From: an uncultured Bacilli bacterium
GTDB taxonomy: Bacteria; Bacillota_I; Bacilli_A; RF39; UBA660
Assembly: GCA_934101495.1 (NCBI GenBank)
Contig: CAKORG010000002.1
Span: 510-64,509, forward strand
Length of the DNA stretch: 64,000 bases
Direction of reading: 5' to 3'
The notes below the pieces were generated by a model. That model was not told the origin of the DNA, searched no databases, and saw nothing but the letters and a program-made list of their open reading frames with translations. This document shows, piece after piece, positions 28,350 through 35,986 of this stretch (position 1 is the first letter of the stretch; the number at the start of each line of letters is the position of its first letter). The translations under genes and the position numbers were made by a program.

Positions 28350-28886
28350 ATGGATACTATAGTTGGAATATTATTTGTTTCTATATTTGGAACTTTACTT
28401 CATTTTATGTATGAGTGGAGTGGACATAAAAGTTTTGTTTCAATATTTGCTGCGGTTAATGAAAGTACATGGGAGCATATTAAAATAGCTTTGACTCCAA
28501 GTTTTATATGGATGTTATATGACGGAGCAAAATATGGCTTAGAACCTAATTATTTTGTAGCTAAGACCGTTAGTTTACTTGCAATAATAATTATTATACC
28601 CGTACTTTTTTACACATATCAAATATTTACTAAGAAAACTATGTTACCAATTGATATAATAATATTTTATATAGCTATTATTGTTAGTAATTTGTTATTT
28701 AAATATTTAATTCTTTTGGATCCAACTAATTTCTTTATTACTTATTTTGCAGTAATATTATTATTTATTATATTTGGATTTTATATGGTACTTACATTAA
28801 TGCCATTTGAAAACTTTATATTTAAAGATCCAATAACTAATAAGTATGGAGTAAAAGGACATTCTCATCATGAACATAAGAAATAA
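28350..28886 (+). CDS. polytopic membrane protein of unknown function
   Basis: Five or six hydrophobic helices, NESTWEHIK motif, His-rich C-terminus. Confidence 0.6.
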   Translation: MDTIVGILFVSIFGTLLHFMYEWSGHKSFVSIFAAVNESTWEHIKIALTPSFIWMLYDGAKYGLEPNYFVAKTVSLLAIIIIIPVLFYTYQIFTKKTMLPIDIIIFYIAIIVSNLLFKYLILLDPTNFFITYFAVILLFIIFGFYMVLTLMPFENFIFKDPITNKYGVKGHSHHEHKK

Positions 28887-28894
28887 CTAAGAAA

Positions 28895-29152
28895 TTAGTT
28901 GTTTTTTTTAATTAATTTAACATTAGTTAATATTGACTTTTTATATGGCTTCCTTTCATCAGTTCTTCCCACTAAGTAGTCTAGTGAAGTGTTATAAAAT
29001 TCAGCTAAGTCATATAGATAATTAATTGGAATTAATCTTTTACCAATTTCATATTCACTATATTGTTGTTGTTTTATACCTAATGCTTTAGCAACATCTA
29101 TTTGTTTTAAATCTTTATCTTCGCGTATTTCTTTTAATCTTGATATATCCAT
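28895..29152 (-). CDS. XRE-family helix-turn-helix transcriptional regulator
   Basis: 85 aa. LKQIDVAKALGIKQQQYSEYEIGKRLIPINYLYDLAEFYNTSLDYLVGRTD is a canonical HTH_3 domain. Confidence 0.9.
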   Translation of the reverse strand: MDISRLKEIREDKDLKQIDVAKALGIKQQQYSEYEIGKRLIPINYLYDLAEFYNTSLDYLVGRTDERKPYKKSILTNVKLIKKNN

Positions 29153-29179
29153 GAGACACCTCTATCAACATTTTGACAG

Positions 29180-29220
29180 ACAAAGGATGTTTTGTATTGA
29201 TTTTACAAGACATCTTTTGT
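29180..29220. promoter_or_regulatory. operator-like inverted repeat overlapping the island promoter
   Basis: ACAAAGGATGT (29180-29190) and ACATCTTTTGT (29210-29220) are complementary at 10 of 11 positions, 19 nt apart. Confidence 0.5.
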
Positions 29221-29225
29221 ATAAT
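29197..29225 (+). promoter_or_regulatory. sigma-A promoter of the accessory operon
   Basis: TTGATT at 29197-29202, 17-nt spacer, TATAAT at 29220-29225. Confidence 0.6.
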
Positions 29226-29267
29226 GTTTGTAGAATAGTAATGTTCTTGATTACTTAGGAGGTATTT

Positions 29268-29804
29268 ATGGATCAACTAGAAGAAAAAGAAATAGAAATT
29301 AGTAGAGAGTATGATTATTCTAATTCTGTTCCTGAAGTACAAAACATTTTGTTTTTAGCTAAATACTGCTATTCTTACTATGTTCAATTAATTAAAATGT
29401 GTGAAGAAGATGAAGAAAAAAACCGAATTTTAAAATCTGAATATAAAGATTTTCTATATAAAAAATCATTTAGTTCTAAATACGAAGTTGCCATTAGAGA
29501 AAAAGACGTTTTTTCAAGTCTGTCATGCAAAACATACGATTCTTTAGTTGAAGCGGCTAATTCTGGACATCTTAAAAATGTAGAAAGTGTGGTAATAACT
29601 TTAGATTTATCGTTTAGAAGAGGAAGAGATATGGCTACAAAAGAACATGAAAATTTATTTAAAATATCTTTTAAACCATATAATATTGTTTTTATTCGCA
29701 AATCTAATTATGCGGATTCTAGTATGGATAATATAGAAAATGTTATAAATGAGATTTTAAAAAAGTTTAGAGTGCAAAATACTATATTCTGTACCAAGGA
29801 ATAA
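29268..29804 (+). CDS. hypothetical soluble protein (178 aa), paralogous to the N-domain of the next ORF
   Basis: GGAGG RBS. By eye it shares the pattern E(D/E)E.KNR.L.S.Y...(S)K..V.I......YDS... with the product of 29829-30773. Confidence 0.65.
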   Translation: MDQLEEKEIEISREYDYSNSVPEVQNILFLAKYCYSYYVQLIKMCEEDEEKNRILKSEYKDFLYKKSFSSKYEVAIREKDVFSSLSCKTYDSLVEAANSGHLKNVESVVITLDLSFRRGRDMATKEHENLFKISFKPYNIVFIRKSNYADSSMDNIENVINEILKKFRVQNTIFCTKE

Positions 29805-29828
29805 ATTATAGTGGACGGAGGTAAAAAA

Positions 29829-30773
29829 ATGTATAACGATACAATTAAAGCTGAAAATAAAATAATAAGTAGTGATGATTTGGCACAAATATTTCAATTG
29901 ATGGGAGAAACATTAAAAAAGTATCTTAGAGTTTCTGAGCAAGAAGAAATGAAAAATAGAATGTTAGATAGTTCTTATCAAAGCTATACTTTTAAGGATG
30001 AAGGTAGTAAAATAAAAGTGATTGTTGATTTTTATGATAATACAAATATTACTTTTGATAACTATGATAGTTTTATGGGTATATTTTATAGTAGAATAAA
30101 TGAAATAAAGACTATGGACGTTTATTATTCATTAAATTATACTGTCATGAATCCCGAACCAAATAGAAGTAGAAGTTATTATACTCAATCAATTCAAATG
30201 CATATTAATGAAAATAAATTATCTATAGAATTAAACTTAAAAAGTGAAGATCCTAAACTAGATGATGTATATAAGTTTATAAAAAACAAAATACTTAATG
30301 CTCCAGAGAAATATGATGATATAATTAAAAATAAAAACAAAATTATGAATACGATTACCTTTGCTACTGGGTTAATACCTGGTATGGTTATGGCAGCTTT
30401 ATTATTATTTGTTCCATATGTTAATAATATAATTTTTAAGGGTTTTGTTGTTTATCCGTTAATTGTTTTATTCATTGCTTATCTAATTGGTAGTATGATT
30501 GCTTCATCTAAACTAGATAACTATTATGAGCCAATAATACCTAGTAAAAAATACGTTGGGTATGATTCAACAAATAATGAAAGAATTTATAAAGACGATA
30601 TAGATTCATTTGTAAGTTCTAGTGAAATTTTGATAGGTAAAAAAGTTAATAATTTAGATTATCGCAGAATAATTAAAAAAGAATATGAAAAGTATAAAGA
30701 TTTGATTCCAAAGGAATTAGTTGCATTATTGATTGTAACCATTATTATCATTATTATCGGGATATTTATTTAA
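29829..30773 (+). CDS. hypothetical membrane protein (cytoplasmic N-domain plus 3 TM helices)
   Basis: GGAGG lies 7 nt before ATG 29829. TM helices: ITFATGLIPGMVMAALLLFVPYV, GFVVYPLIVLFIAYLIGSMIASS and C-terminal LVALLIVTIIIIIIGIFI. Confidence 0.65.
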   Translation: MYNDTIKAENKIISSDDLAQIFQLMGETLKKYLRVSEQEEMKNRMLDSSYQSYTFKDEGSKIKVIVDFYDNTNITFDNYDSFMGIFYSRINEIKTMDVYYSLNYTVMNPEPNRSRSYYTQSIQMHINENKLSIELNLKSEDPKLDDVYKFIKNKILNAPEKYDDIIKNKNKIMNTITFATGLIPGMVMAALLLFVPYVNNIIFKGFVVYPLIVLFIAYLIGSMIASSKLDNYYEPIIPSKKYVGYDSTNNERIYKDDIDSFVSSSEILIGKKVNNLDYRRIIKKEYEKYKDLIPKELVALLIVTIIIIIIGIFI

Positions 30774-30804
30774 AAATTGTATAAAGTAAAAGGAAGAAGT
30801 AAAA

Positions 30805-31587
30805 ATGGATGGAAAAATAAGAGAAATTATTGACGAGTATAAAAAAAGAACTGAGAAGGAATGTTGTTTTATAAATTATGCTTTTGAATTTCCAACTATA
30901 TTAGACGACAAGATTGGAGGAAAACCCTATTTACCTGTGGGAGAAGAGTATCCAAAAGATAAGTATGGAAATCCAATGGCTTTATTCATGCAAGTGAATT
31001 TGACAAAGTTAGATTTAGAAGGTTATCCAAAAGGAATTTTAGAATTGTTTGTTACAACAAATGAAGATGATCTTTTTGACTTTGAAATAGCAGAAGGTAG
31101 CTTTGAAATAAAGCTTTTTGAAGAAGATTTAGAATACCAAACAATACTACCTGATGTGAAATTAGAAACATTTTTAGTAAGTGGTCCAATAAAAATAGAG
31201 TTTAATAAAGGGAAAATGAGCATGCCATATAATATGGGAGATAATAAAGCTGTAAATTTATTGTTAGATTTATTTGAAGAAAAATTTGATGTAAAAATAA
31301 ATTATCCAAGTGATTTGGAAAAATTATTTGGTATAGATTATTATGATTTACAAGATAAATTAGATGATGGTAGTGGTTTTGCTTCACATGTAGGGGCTTA
31401 TGCGGCTTTTATAAATGACCCATATATTGATTATTATGATAAAGAAGAATGCTTAATTTTTATTGGATCAAATTTAAGTGAAATGTTTGATTTGGGTAAC
31501 GCCTCTAGCTTTTATGTGTTAATATCAAGAAAAGATTTGTTAAATAAAGATTTTTCAAATGTTACTTGTAATTTTGAATGGTCATAA
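30805..31587 (+). CDS. YwqG/DUF1963-family protein
   Basis: GGKPYLPVGEEYPKDKYGNPMALFMQVNL, and C-terminal FYVLISRKDLLNKDFSNV, typical of the YwqG family. Confidence 0.7.
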   Translation: MDGKIREIIDEYKKRTEKECCFINYAFEFPTILDDKIGGKPYLPVGEEYPKDKYGNPMALFMQVNLTKLDLEGYPKGILELFVTTNEDDLFDFEIAEGSFEIKLFEEDLEYQTILPDVKLETFLVSGPIKIEFNKGKMSMPYNMGDNKAVNLLLDLFEEKFDVKINYPSDLEKLFGIDYYDLQDKLDDGSGFASHVGAYAAFINDPYIDYYDKEECLIFIGSNLSEMFDLGNASSFYVLISRKDLLNKDFSNVTCNFEWS

Positions 31588-31601
31588 AAAGGAGAAATCA
31601 T

Positions 31602-31853
31602 ATGGAAGAAGAGAGAAAAGATAATAAAGTAATAATCAATGGCAAAGAATATGAAATTATTTCTTATATTGCTATTGATAGTGGAAATTTCATTGTTTAT
31701 ACGGATGGAAAACAATTAGAAAATGGAAAAATTGTGTTATATGTTAATCGTGTTTCTCAAGAAAATGAAGAAATAGTATTTGATGAAGTAGAAGATACTG
31801 AAGTAATGCAAGTAATTGATGCATTAAGAGAAAGGTTGATAACTAATGAATAA
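31602..31853 (+). CDS. DUF1292-like small acidic protein
   Basis: NGKEYEIISYIAIDSGNFIVY...IVLYVNRV...EIVFDEVEDTEVMQVIDAL follows the DUF1292/YrzB pattern. GGAG lies 7 nt before the ATG. Confidence 0.5.
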   Translation: MEEERKDNKVIINGKEYEIISYIAIDSGNFIVYTDGKQLENGKIVLYVNRVSQENEEIVFDEVEDTEVMQVIDALRERLITNE

Positions 31854-33192
31854 TAAATATGATAGTTTAGTTGATTATTCTATAGAACTTAGAAAGAGCA
31901 TAGAAAAAGTTGATACTGTTATACTTTGGTCGAAACCTCCGAAACAAATGGGAAGTTTAAAAGTTACACTACGAGGTATTTCTGAGATTTTTGAAAATAT
32001 TAAAAAAGTGCAAGAATTGCGAGAAAAAATGAGAAAATTTCCTAGTATGGATAATGAAGCTAAGCAAGAAAATAAAAGTGCTAGAAAGGCTGCGGACCAA
32101 ATAAGTTCTATAAGAGAAGAACTAGCTGAAAGTTTTTCTAAAATGCGAGATGAATTTTCAAAACAAATGAAAATTGCAGGAAAACAGTGTAGAGAAGTAA
32201 GTAGTTCAATAACTGATAAACGAGATAAAGAAACATTTAAATCCTCATGTAAAAACTTTGAGAGAATGGCTTATGAAGCTGAATATGAAAAACATAGAAT
32301 ACCTTTTGTTGAAAAACAGACTACAGAAGAAAGAATACAAGACCCAATAAGAAGAGAACATAAGGAAAAAGAGGAAAAAATAAATAGACTTTCAGAGTTT
32401 GAATTAGAGAATAACGATAAATTAGAGGTGGCTTTAAGTGAACTTACTACAATATTAGCATTAACTCCGATGGATAATTTATCAAAAGAAATTAGAAGTG
32501 AAGTTGCTCAGATTAGGAAAGCTTTGCCACCTAAAACTATGTCTATAACTAAAGAAAATTTAGAAAAACTACGACATTCTTCGCATTTGTTGCTAGACTT
32601 AGACCAAATAAGTGATATCTTGAAAACTACTTATGGTTTTGATGGAAAAGATGGAAGATTACAAAAAATAAATAAAAGATTAGAAAACTTAAAAACATTA
32701 TTAACACAAGCAATAAAAGAAGAAAAAGAAAATAGAGTAGACCTTAAACAAGAACAAGATAGTCTTCAAAGTAAGGTTGATTATGCAACTGAAGCTGTTA
32801 AAACTTATGGTGATATATTAGATGGAAATCAAAGACTTGAACAGGAACAGATACGAATTAGTAATGAAACTCATGGACTAAATGCTGAAAACGAAAGATT
32901 AAAAGCTGATGAGAAAAAAGCAAGTGAAGAGATGCATGAAATACAAAAGAAACCCGTTGATAGACAAGATTGGAAAGATGAACTAAAAGTTGATCAATTA
33001 CATGAACGGGCAAAAAATGATCGTGAAATGATAAAAGATAATGAAACTTATATGGCTGATAAAATGTACGAAAAACCTGTAGTTACTTTGCCGCCGGAAT
33101 ACACTAACATGAAAAAGAAACTTCAAAGTATGAGTTCTTTATATCAAAAGCAAATGACTCAACAACTATCTAATGGAGGTGCTTCAAGATAA
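31846..33192 (+). CDS. hypothetical 448-aa highly charged coiled-coil protein
   Basis: Long ORF overlapping the upstream stop by 8 nt. K/E-rich with heptad-like stretches. No enzymatic motif recognised. Confidence 0.6.
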   Translation: MNNKYDSLVDYSIELRKSIEKVDTVILWSKPPKQMGSLKVTLRGISEIFENIKKVQELREKMRKFPSMDNEAKQENKSARKAADQISSIREELAESFSKMRDEFSKQMKIAGKQCREVSSSITDKRDKETFKSSCKNFERMAYEAEYEKHRIPFVEKQTTEERIQDPIRREHKEKEEKINRLSEFELENNDKLEVALSELTTILALTPMDNLSKEIRSEVAQIRKALPPKTMSITKENLEKLRHSSHLLLDLDQISDILKTTYGFDGKDGRLQKINKRLENLKTLLTQAIKEEKENRVDLKQEQDSLQSKVDYATEAVKTYGDILDGNQRLEQEQIRISNETHGLNAENERLKADEKKASEEMHEIQKKPVDRQDWKDELKVDQLHERAKNDREMIKDNETYMADKMYEKPVVTLPPEYTNMKKKLQSMSSLYQKQMTQQLSNGGASR

Positions 33193-33473
33193 TGGAAGAT
33201 AAGCAAAAAGTTTTTGCATCTTTTATGGATGAATTTGTTAAACTAGATATTAGTCAAAAAAACAATGAAATAGTTGAAAAACAAAAGTTAATATTAGCTT
33301 TTTTAATTAAATTTGCAACAGAACATGGAATTAGCTTTGAATTTTTAAAAAGCAAGGAAATAAGTGATATAGAGGGAAACAATGGAACTAATGAAGATTA
33401 TTTAGAAGCTATGATGGTTTATACTCAAAATATTGAAGAGTTAATAGGAATTATATTAGGAAATATACAATAA
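33192..33473 (+). CDS. hypothetical small helical protein (93 aa)
   Basis: The start overlaps the upstream stop by 1 nt (TAATG). Confidence 0.5.
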   Translation: MEDKQKVFASFMDEFVKLDISQKNNEIVEKQKLILAFLIKFATEHGISFEFLKSKEISDIEGNNGTNEDYLEAMMVYTQNIEELIGIILGNIQ

Positions 33474-33498
33474 ATTGTTTAAGAAAGAAGGAAAAATT

Positions 33499-33765
33499 AT
33501 GAATGAAGAAGAAACCAAAAGAATTATTGAAACGTTTAAAAGTTCGAGAGAAAAAATTGGCGAACAATATGAAACACTAATTAAAGAAGTAGATAACGAT
33601 TTAAAAAAGATATTAACTGAAGAAGAATATAATGTTTGGAATGCAGTAAATGGTGATAGAGATAAAGAACAAGAGTTAATAAATAAGATTGGTAAAGAAA
33701 GATATAAGGTATTATTAAGTAAAATAAGTGATAAAATATCAGATAAAATGAAAAATGTTAATTAA
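33499..33765 (+). CDS. hypothetical small helical protein (88 aa)
   Basis: ATG 33499 is preceded by GAAGGA. Charged and predicted helical. Confidence 0.5.
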   Translation: MNEEETKRIIETFKSSREKIGEQYETLIKEVDNDLKKILTEEEYNVWNAVNGDRDKEQELINKIGKERYKVLLSKISDKISDKMKNVN

Positions 33766-34438
33766 AGTGGTTGCAGTTATGATGGAAATAAATAGATTAA
33801 AAAGAAAAGATATAAGAGAAAAATTACTTGGTATTAATCATAGTTCAGAAGATTTTGAAATTAATTTTGTTAGTGTTGTTGAAGATTATATCTCAAATCA
33901 TGAATTTGAATCAGATGATGATTTTCTATTTTGTGGAAGAAAAAAATTTCTATATGATGAGTTTTATGAATATTTAGATAATAAAGAAAAATACGAAAAT
34001 CCTATACACTTTGCTATTATTAATTTAGAGGAATTTATTTGTGATGATAATTTTATTTCTTTAACTATGGATATTGATAAACAGTATTGGAAAAATGAAG
34101 AAAAACTAGATGGAAGTGTTGTTGCAAAATTAAGGAATAGAAATGATAAATATTCTGCATCGGGATACATTTGTCTAGAAGAAAAAGAATATATTGTAGA
34201 AATGCTTAATAGAATTAAAAAAGAAATGTTTAGAACCGATAAATTTACTTATCATGAGGGCGAGATTAAAATAGTTGATTGTCAATGTGAATTATGTAAT
34301 CATTATAATAATGGAAAAAGAAGTGATGTATGTCCAGTTGAATTATTAGATAAAATAATTATTAATGAAATTAGTTGTCCCGTTTCTGCTGAAGAAAATT
34401 CATTTGAAAACATTATGAAGAGGATTGATTCGAATTAA
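33755..34438 (+). CDS. hypothetical protein with C-terminal Cys cluster
   Basis: CQCELCNHYNNGKRSDVCPVE...ISCP near the C-terminus. Alternative start at 33779. Confidence 0.5.
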   Translation: MLIKVVAVMMEINRLKRKDIREKLLGINHSSEDFEINFVSVVEDYISNHEFESDDDFLFCGRKKFLYDEFYEYLDNKEKYENPIHFAIINLEEFICDDNFISLTMDIDKQYWKNEEKLDGSVVAKLRNRNDKYSASGYICLEEKEYIVEMLNRIKKEMFRTDKFTYHEGEIKIVDCQCELCNHYNNGKRSDVCPVELLDKIIINEISCPVSAEENSFENIMKRIDSN

Positions 34439-34517
34439 ACTGATCTAAAAATTATGATTTATCTTTACGCTGATTTTAAAATAACCATTTAATAAGTAAG
34501 AAAGGAATGAAATTTAA

Positions 34518-35564
34518 ATGAATAATAATATAGTCTTATATAAATCAACTGGTGAGGGTTATGAAATAACTACTATTAAAGAAAATGGAAATGTTGAATA
34601 CAAAAGTAATTCAAGTGATAAAAAAATAGTTCATATAGATTTTTTTAATGATTTAGTGAATGAATTAAATGGTGCTTTTGAAAAAATGCAATACGTTTAT
34701 GATAATGAAAAAAGTGAAACATTTTGTGTTAGATATAGAAATTATGATTTTTATAGTTTTGATTTATATTTAGATATTATATTAATGATTAGAAATAACA
34801 AATTAAAAAAGCTATCTGTTTATGAAAAATATAAAAAATTAAAAAAAACGCAAGAAAAGCAAAAAATTTCAACAATTTTAAACAAATTAGAAAACGAAAA
34901 AAATAAAATTGATATAATAGATGTTGATTCAACATTAAATGATGAAAGAAATATTATATTATTTGATTTAATTAATAAAAATGAGTTTCGAGTTGGAGAA
35001 ACAAAGTTTTTTTCAAATACTGTTGATGTAAATGAAAATGTAGAGATACCAGAATATTTAATATTTGTTGGACAAATAAATTTGGAAGAAGTGTCAAAGT
35101 ATGATATAAATAAACTATTACCTAAAAAGGGAATGCTGTATTTTTATATAAGCCCATTATTCTATAATGATAAAATGTATGACTTTGGAAAAGTTATTTA
35201 TGTTCCTTCAGCTGAAGATTTAGTAAGAAAAAAAGTAACTATGTCAGAAGAAGAAACAATGGATTCTTTTGGAATAAACAATATTAAAAATTGCAATGAG
35301 AAATTTAGTGATAGATATTATTTTGAAAAAGGAAAAAAAACATATTCACATTTTTATGGAGAAAAACTTAATAAAATATTTGGATTTTATACTGATTGTC
35401 AAATGGATGAGGGAGATATAAGGAAAGTATCTAATAAATATATAGTGTTATTACAATTAGGAACGCAGATATATGGAGAAGGAGTTACTACATTTTTAAT
35501 AACAGAGGAAGATTTGAAAAATAAGAATTTTGATAATGTTATTTATCAATATGTTCAATCATAA
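34518..35564 (+). CDS. YwqG/DUF1963-family protein with about 170-aa N-terminal extension
   Basis: IPEYLIFVGQINLEEVSKYDINKLLPKKGMLYFYIS, and C-terminal YIVLLQLGTQIYGEGVTTFLITEEDLKNKNFDNV. Confidence 0.65.
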   Translation: MNNNIVLYKSTGEGYEITTIKENGNVEYKSNSSDKKIVHIDFFNDLVNELNGAFEKMQYVYDNEKSETFCVRYRNYDFYSFDLYLDIILMIRNNKLKKLSVYEKYKKLKKTQEKQKISTILNKLENEKNKIDIIDVDSTLNDERNIILFDLINKNEFRVGETKFFSNTVDVNENVEIPEYLIFVGQINLEEVSKYDINKLLPKKGMLYFYISPLFYNDKMYDFGKVIYVPSAEDLVRKKVTMSEEETMDSFGINNIKNCNEKFSDRYYFEKGKKTYSHFYGEKLNKIFGFYTDCQMDEGDIRKVSNKYIVLLQLGTQIYGEGVTTFLITEEDLKNKNFDNVIYQYVQS

Positions 35565-35627
35565 ATTCTTATTAAATTGATTTTACTATAATAAAATAAT
35601 TAAATATTATATGAGGAGGATTAAAAA

Positions 35628-35930
35628 ATAGAAATAGTTGTACAAGGAAAAGGAGTAGAATATTTTACGCCTGATGAGGTAATTTTAAATATAAGTTTTA
35701 ATACAAAAGATCAAAGTTATGAAGAAGCGGTTGGAAAAAGTTTAAAACAATGTGTAAAAGTTGATTTCAAGCCATTTACTATAGATTGTATATCACAAAG
35801 TGCCATTAACTCAGATATGATGTATGCTAAAGATACAAGATTTGATGCAGCACCAACAATTATTAATACATTTACACCAGAAGATATTGAATTATCTGAA
35901 ACATTGTATTGTTTGTGGATAACAGAGTAA
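35628..35930 (+). pseudogene. decayed SIMPL/DUF541-like gene remnant
   Basis: A 100-codon open frame with GAGGAGGA about 8 nt upstream, but ATA where ATG is expected. Translation: IEIVVQGKGVEYFTPDEVILNISF...EEAV ... PTIINTFTPEDIELSETLYCLWI, which resembles the SIMPL N- and C-termini without the middle. Absent from the ORF track because it has no start codon. Confidence 0.4.
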
Positions 35931-35933
35931 ATG

Positions 35934-35982
35934 AAAAGACCATTAGTAAATTAAACAAATAATTTATAGATGGTCTTTTTTT
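35934..35982. terminator. bidirectional terminator between the island and the flippase gene
   Basis: AAAAGACCAT...ATGGTCTTTT arms with an AT-rich inner stem, an A-run upstream and a T-run downstream. Confidence 0.55.
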
Positions 35983-35986
35983 AAAA

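Noticed and set aside
31846-33192. The 448-aa coiled-coil protein might be an LXG polymorphic toxin.
   Set aside because: I found no recognisable LXG N-terminal motif, and the C-terminus has no recognisable toxin domain. I kept only a loose architectural analogy.
28895-35930. The accessory island might be a prophage remnant or an integrative element.
   Set aside because: I found no integrase, recombinase, transposase, phage structural genes, tRNA target or flanking direct repeats. It is treated as an accessory gene island of unknown origin.
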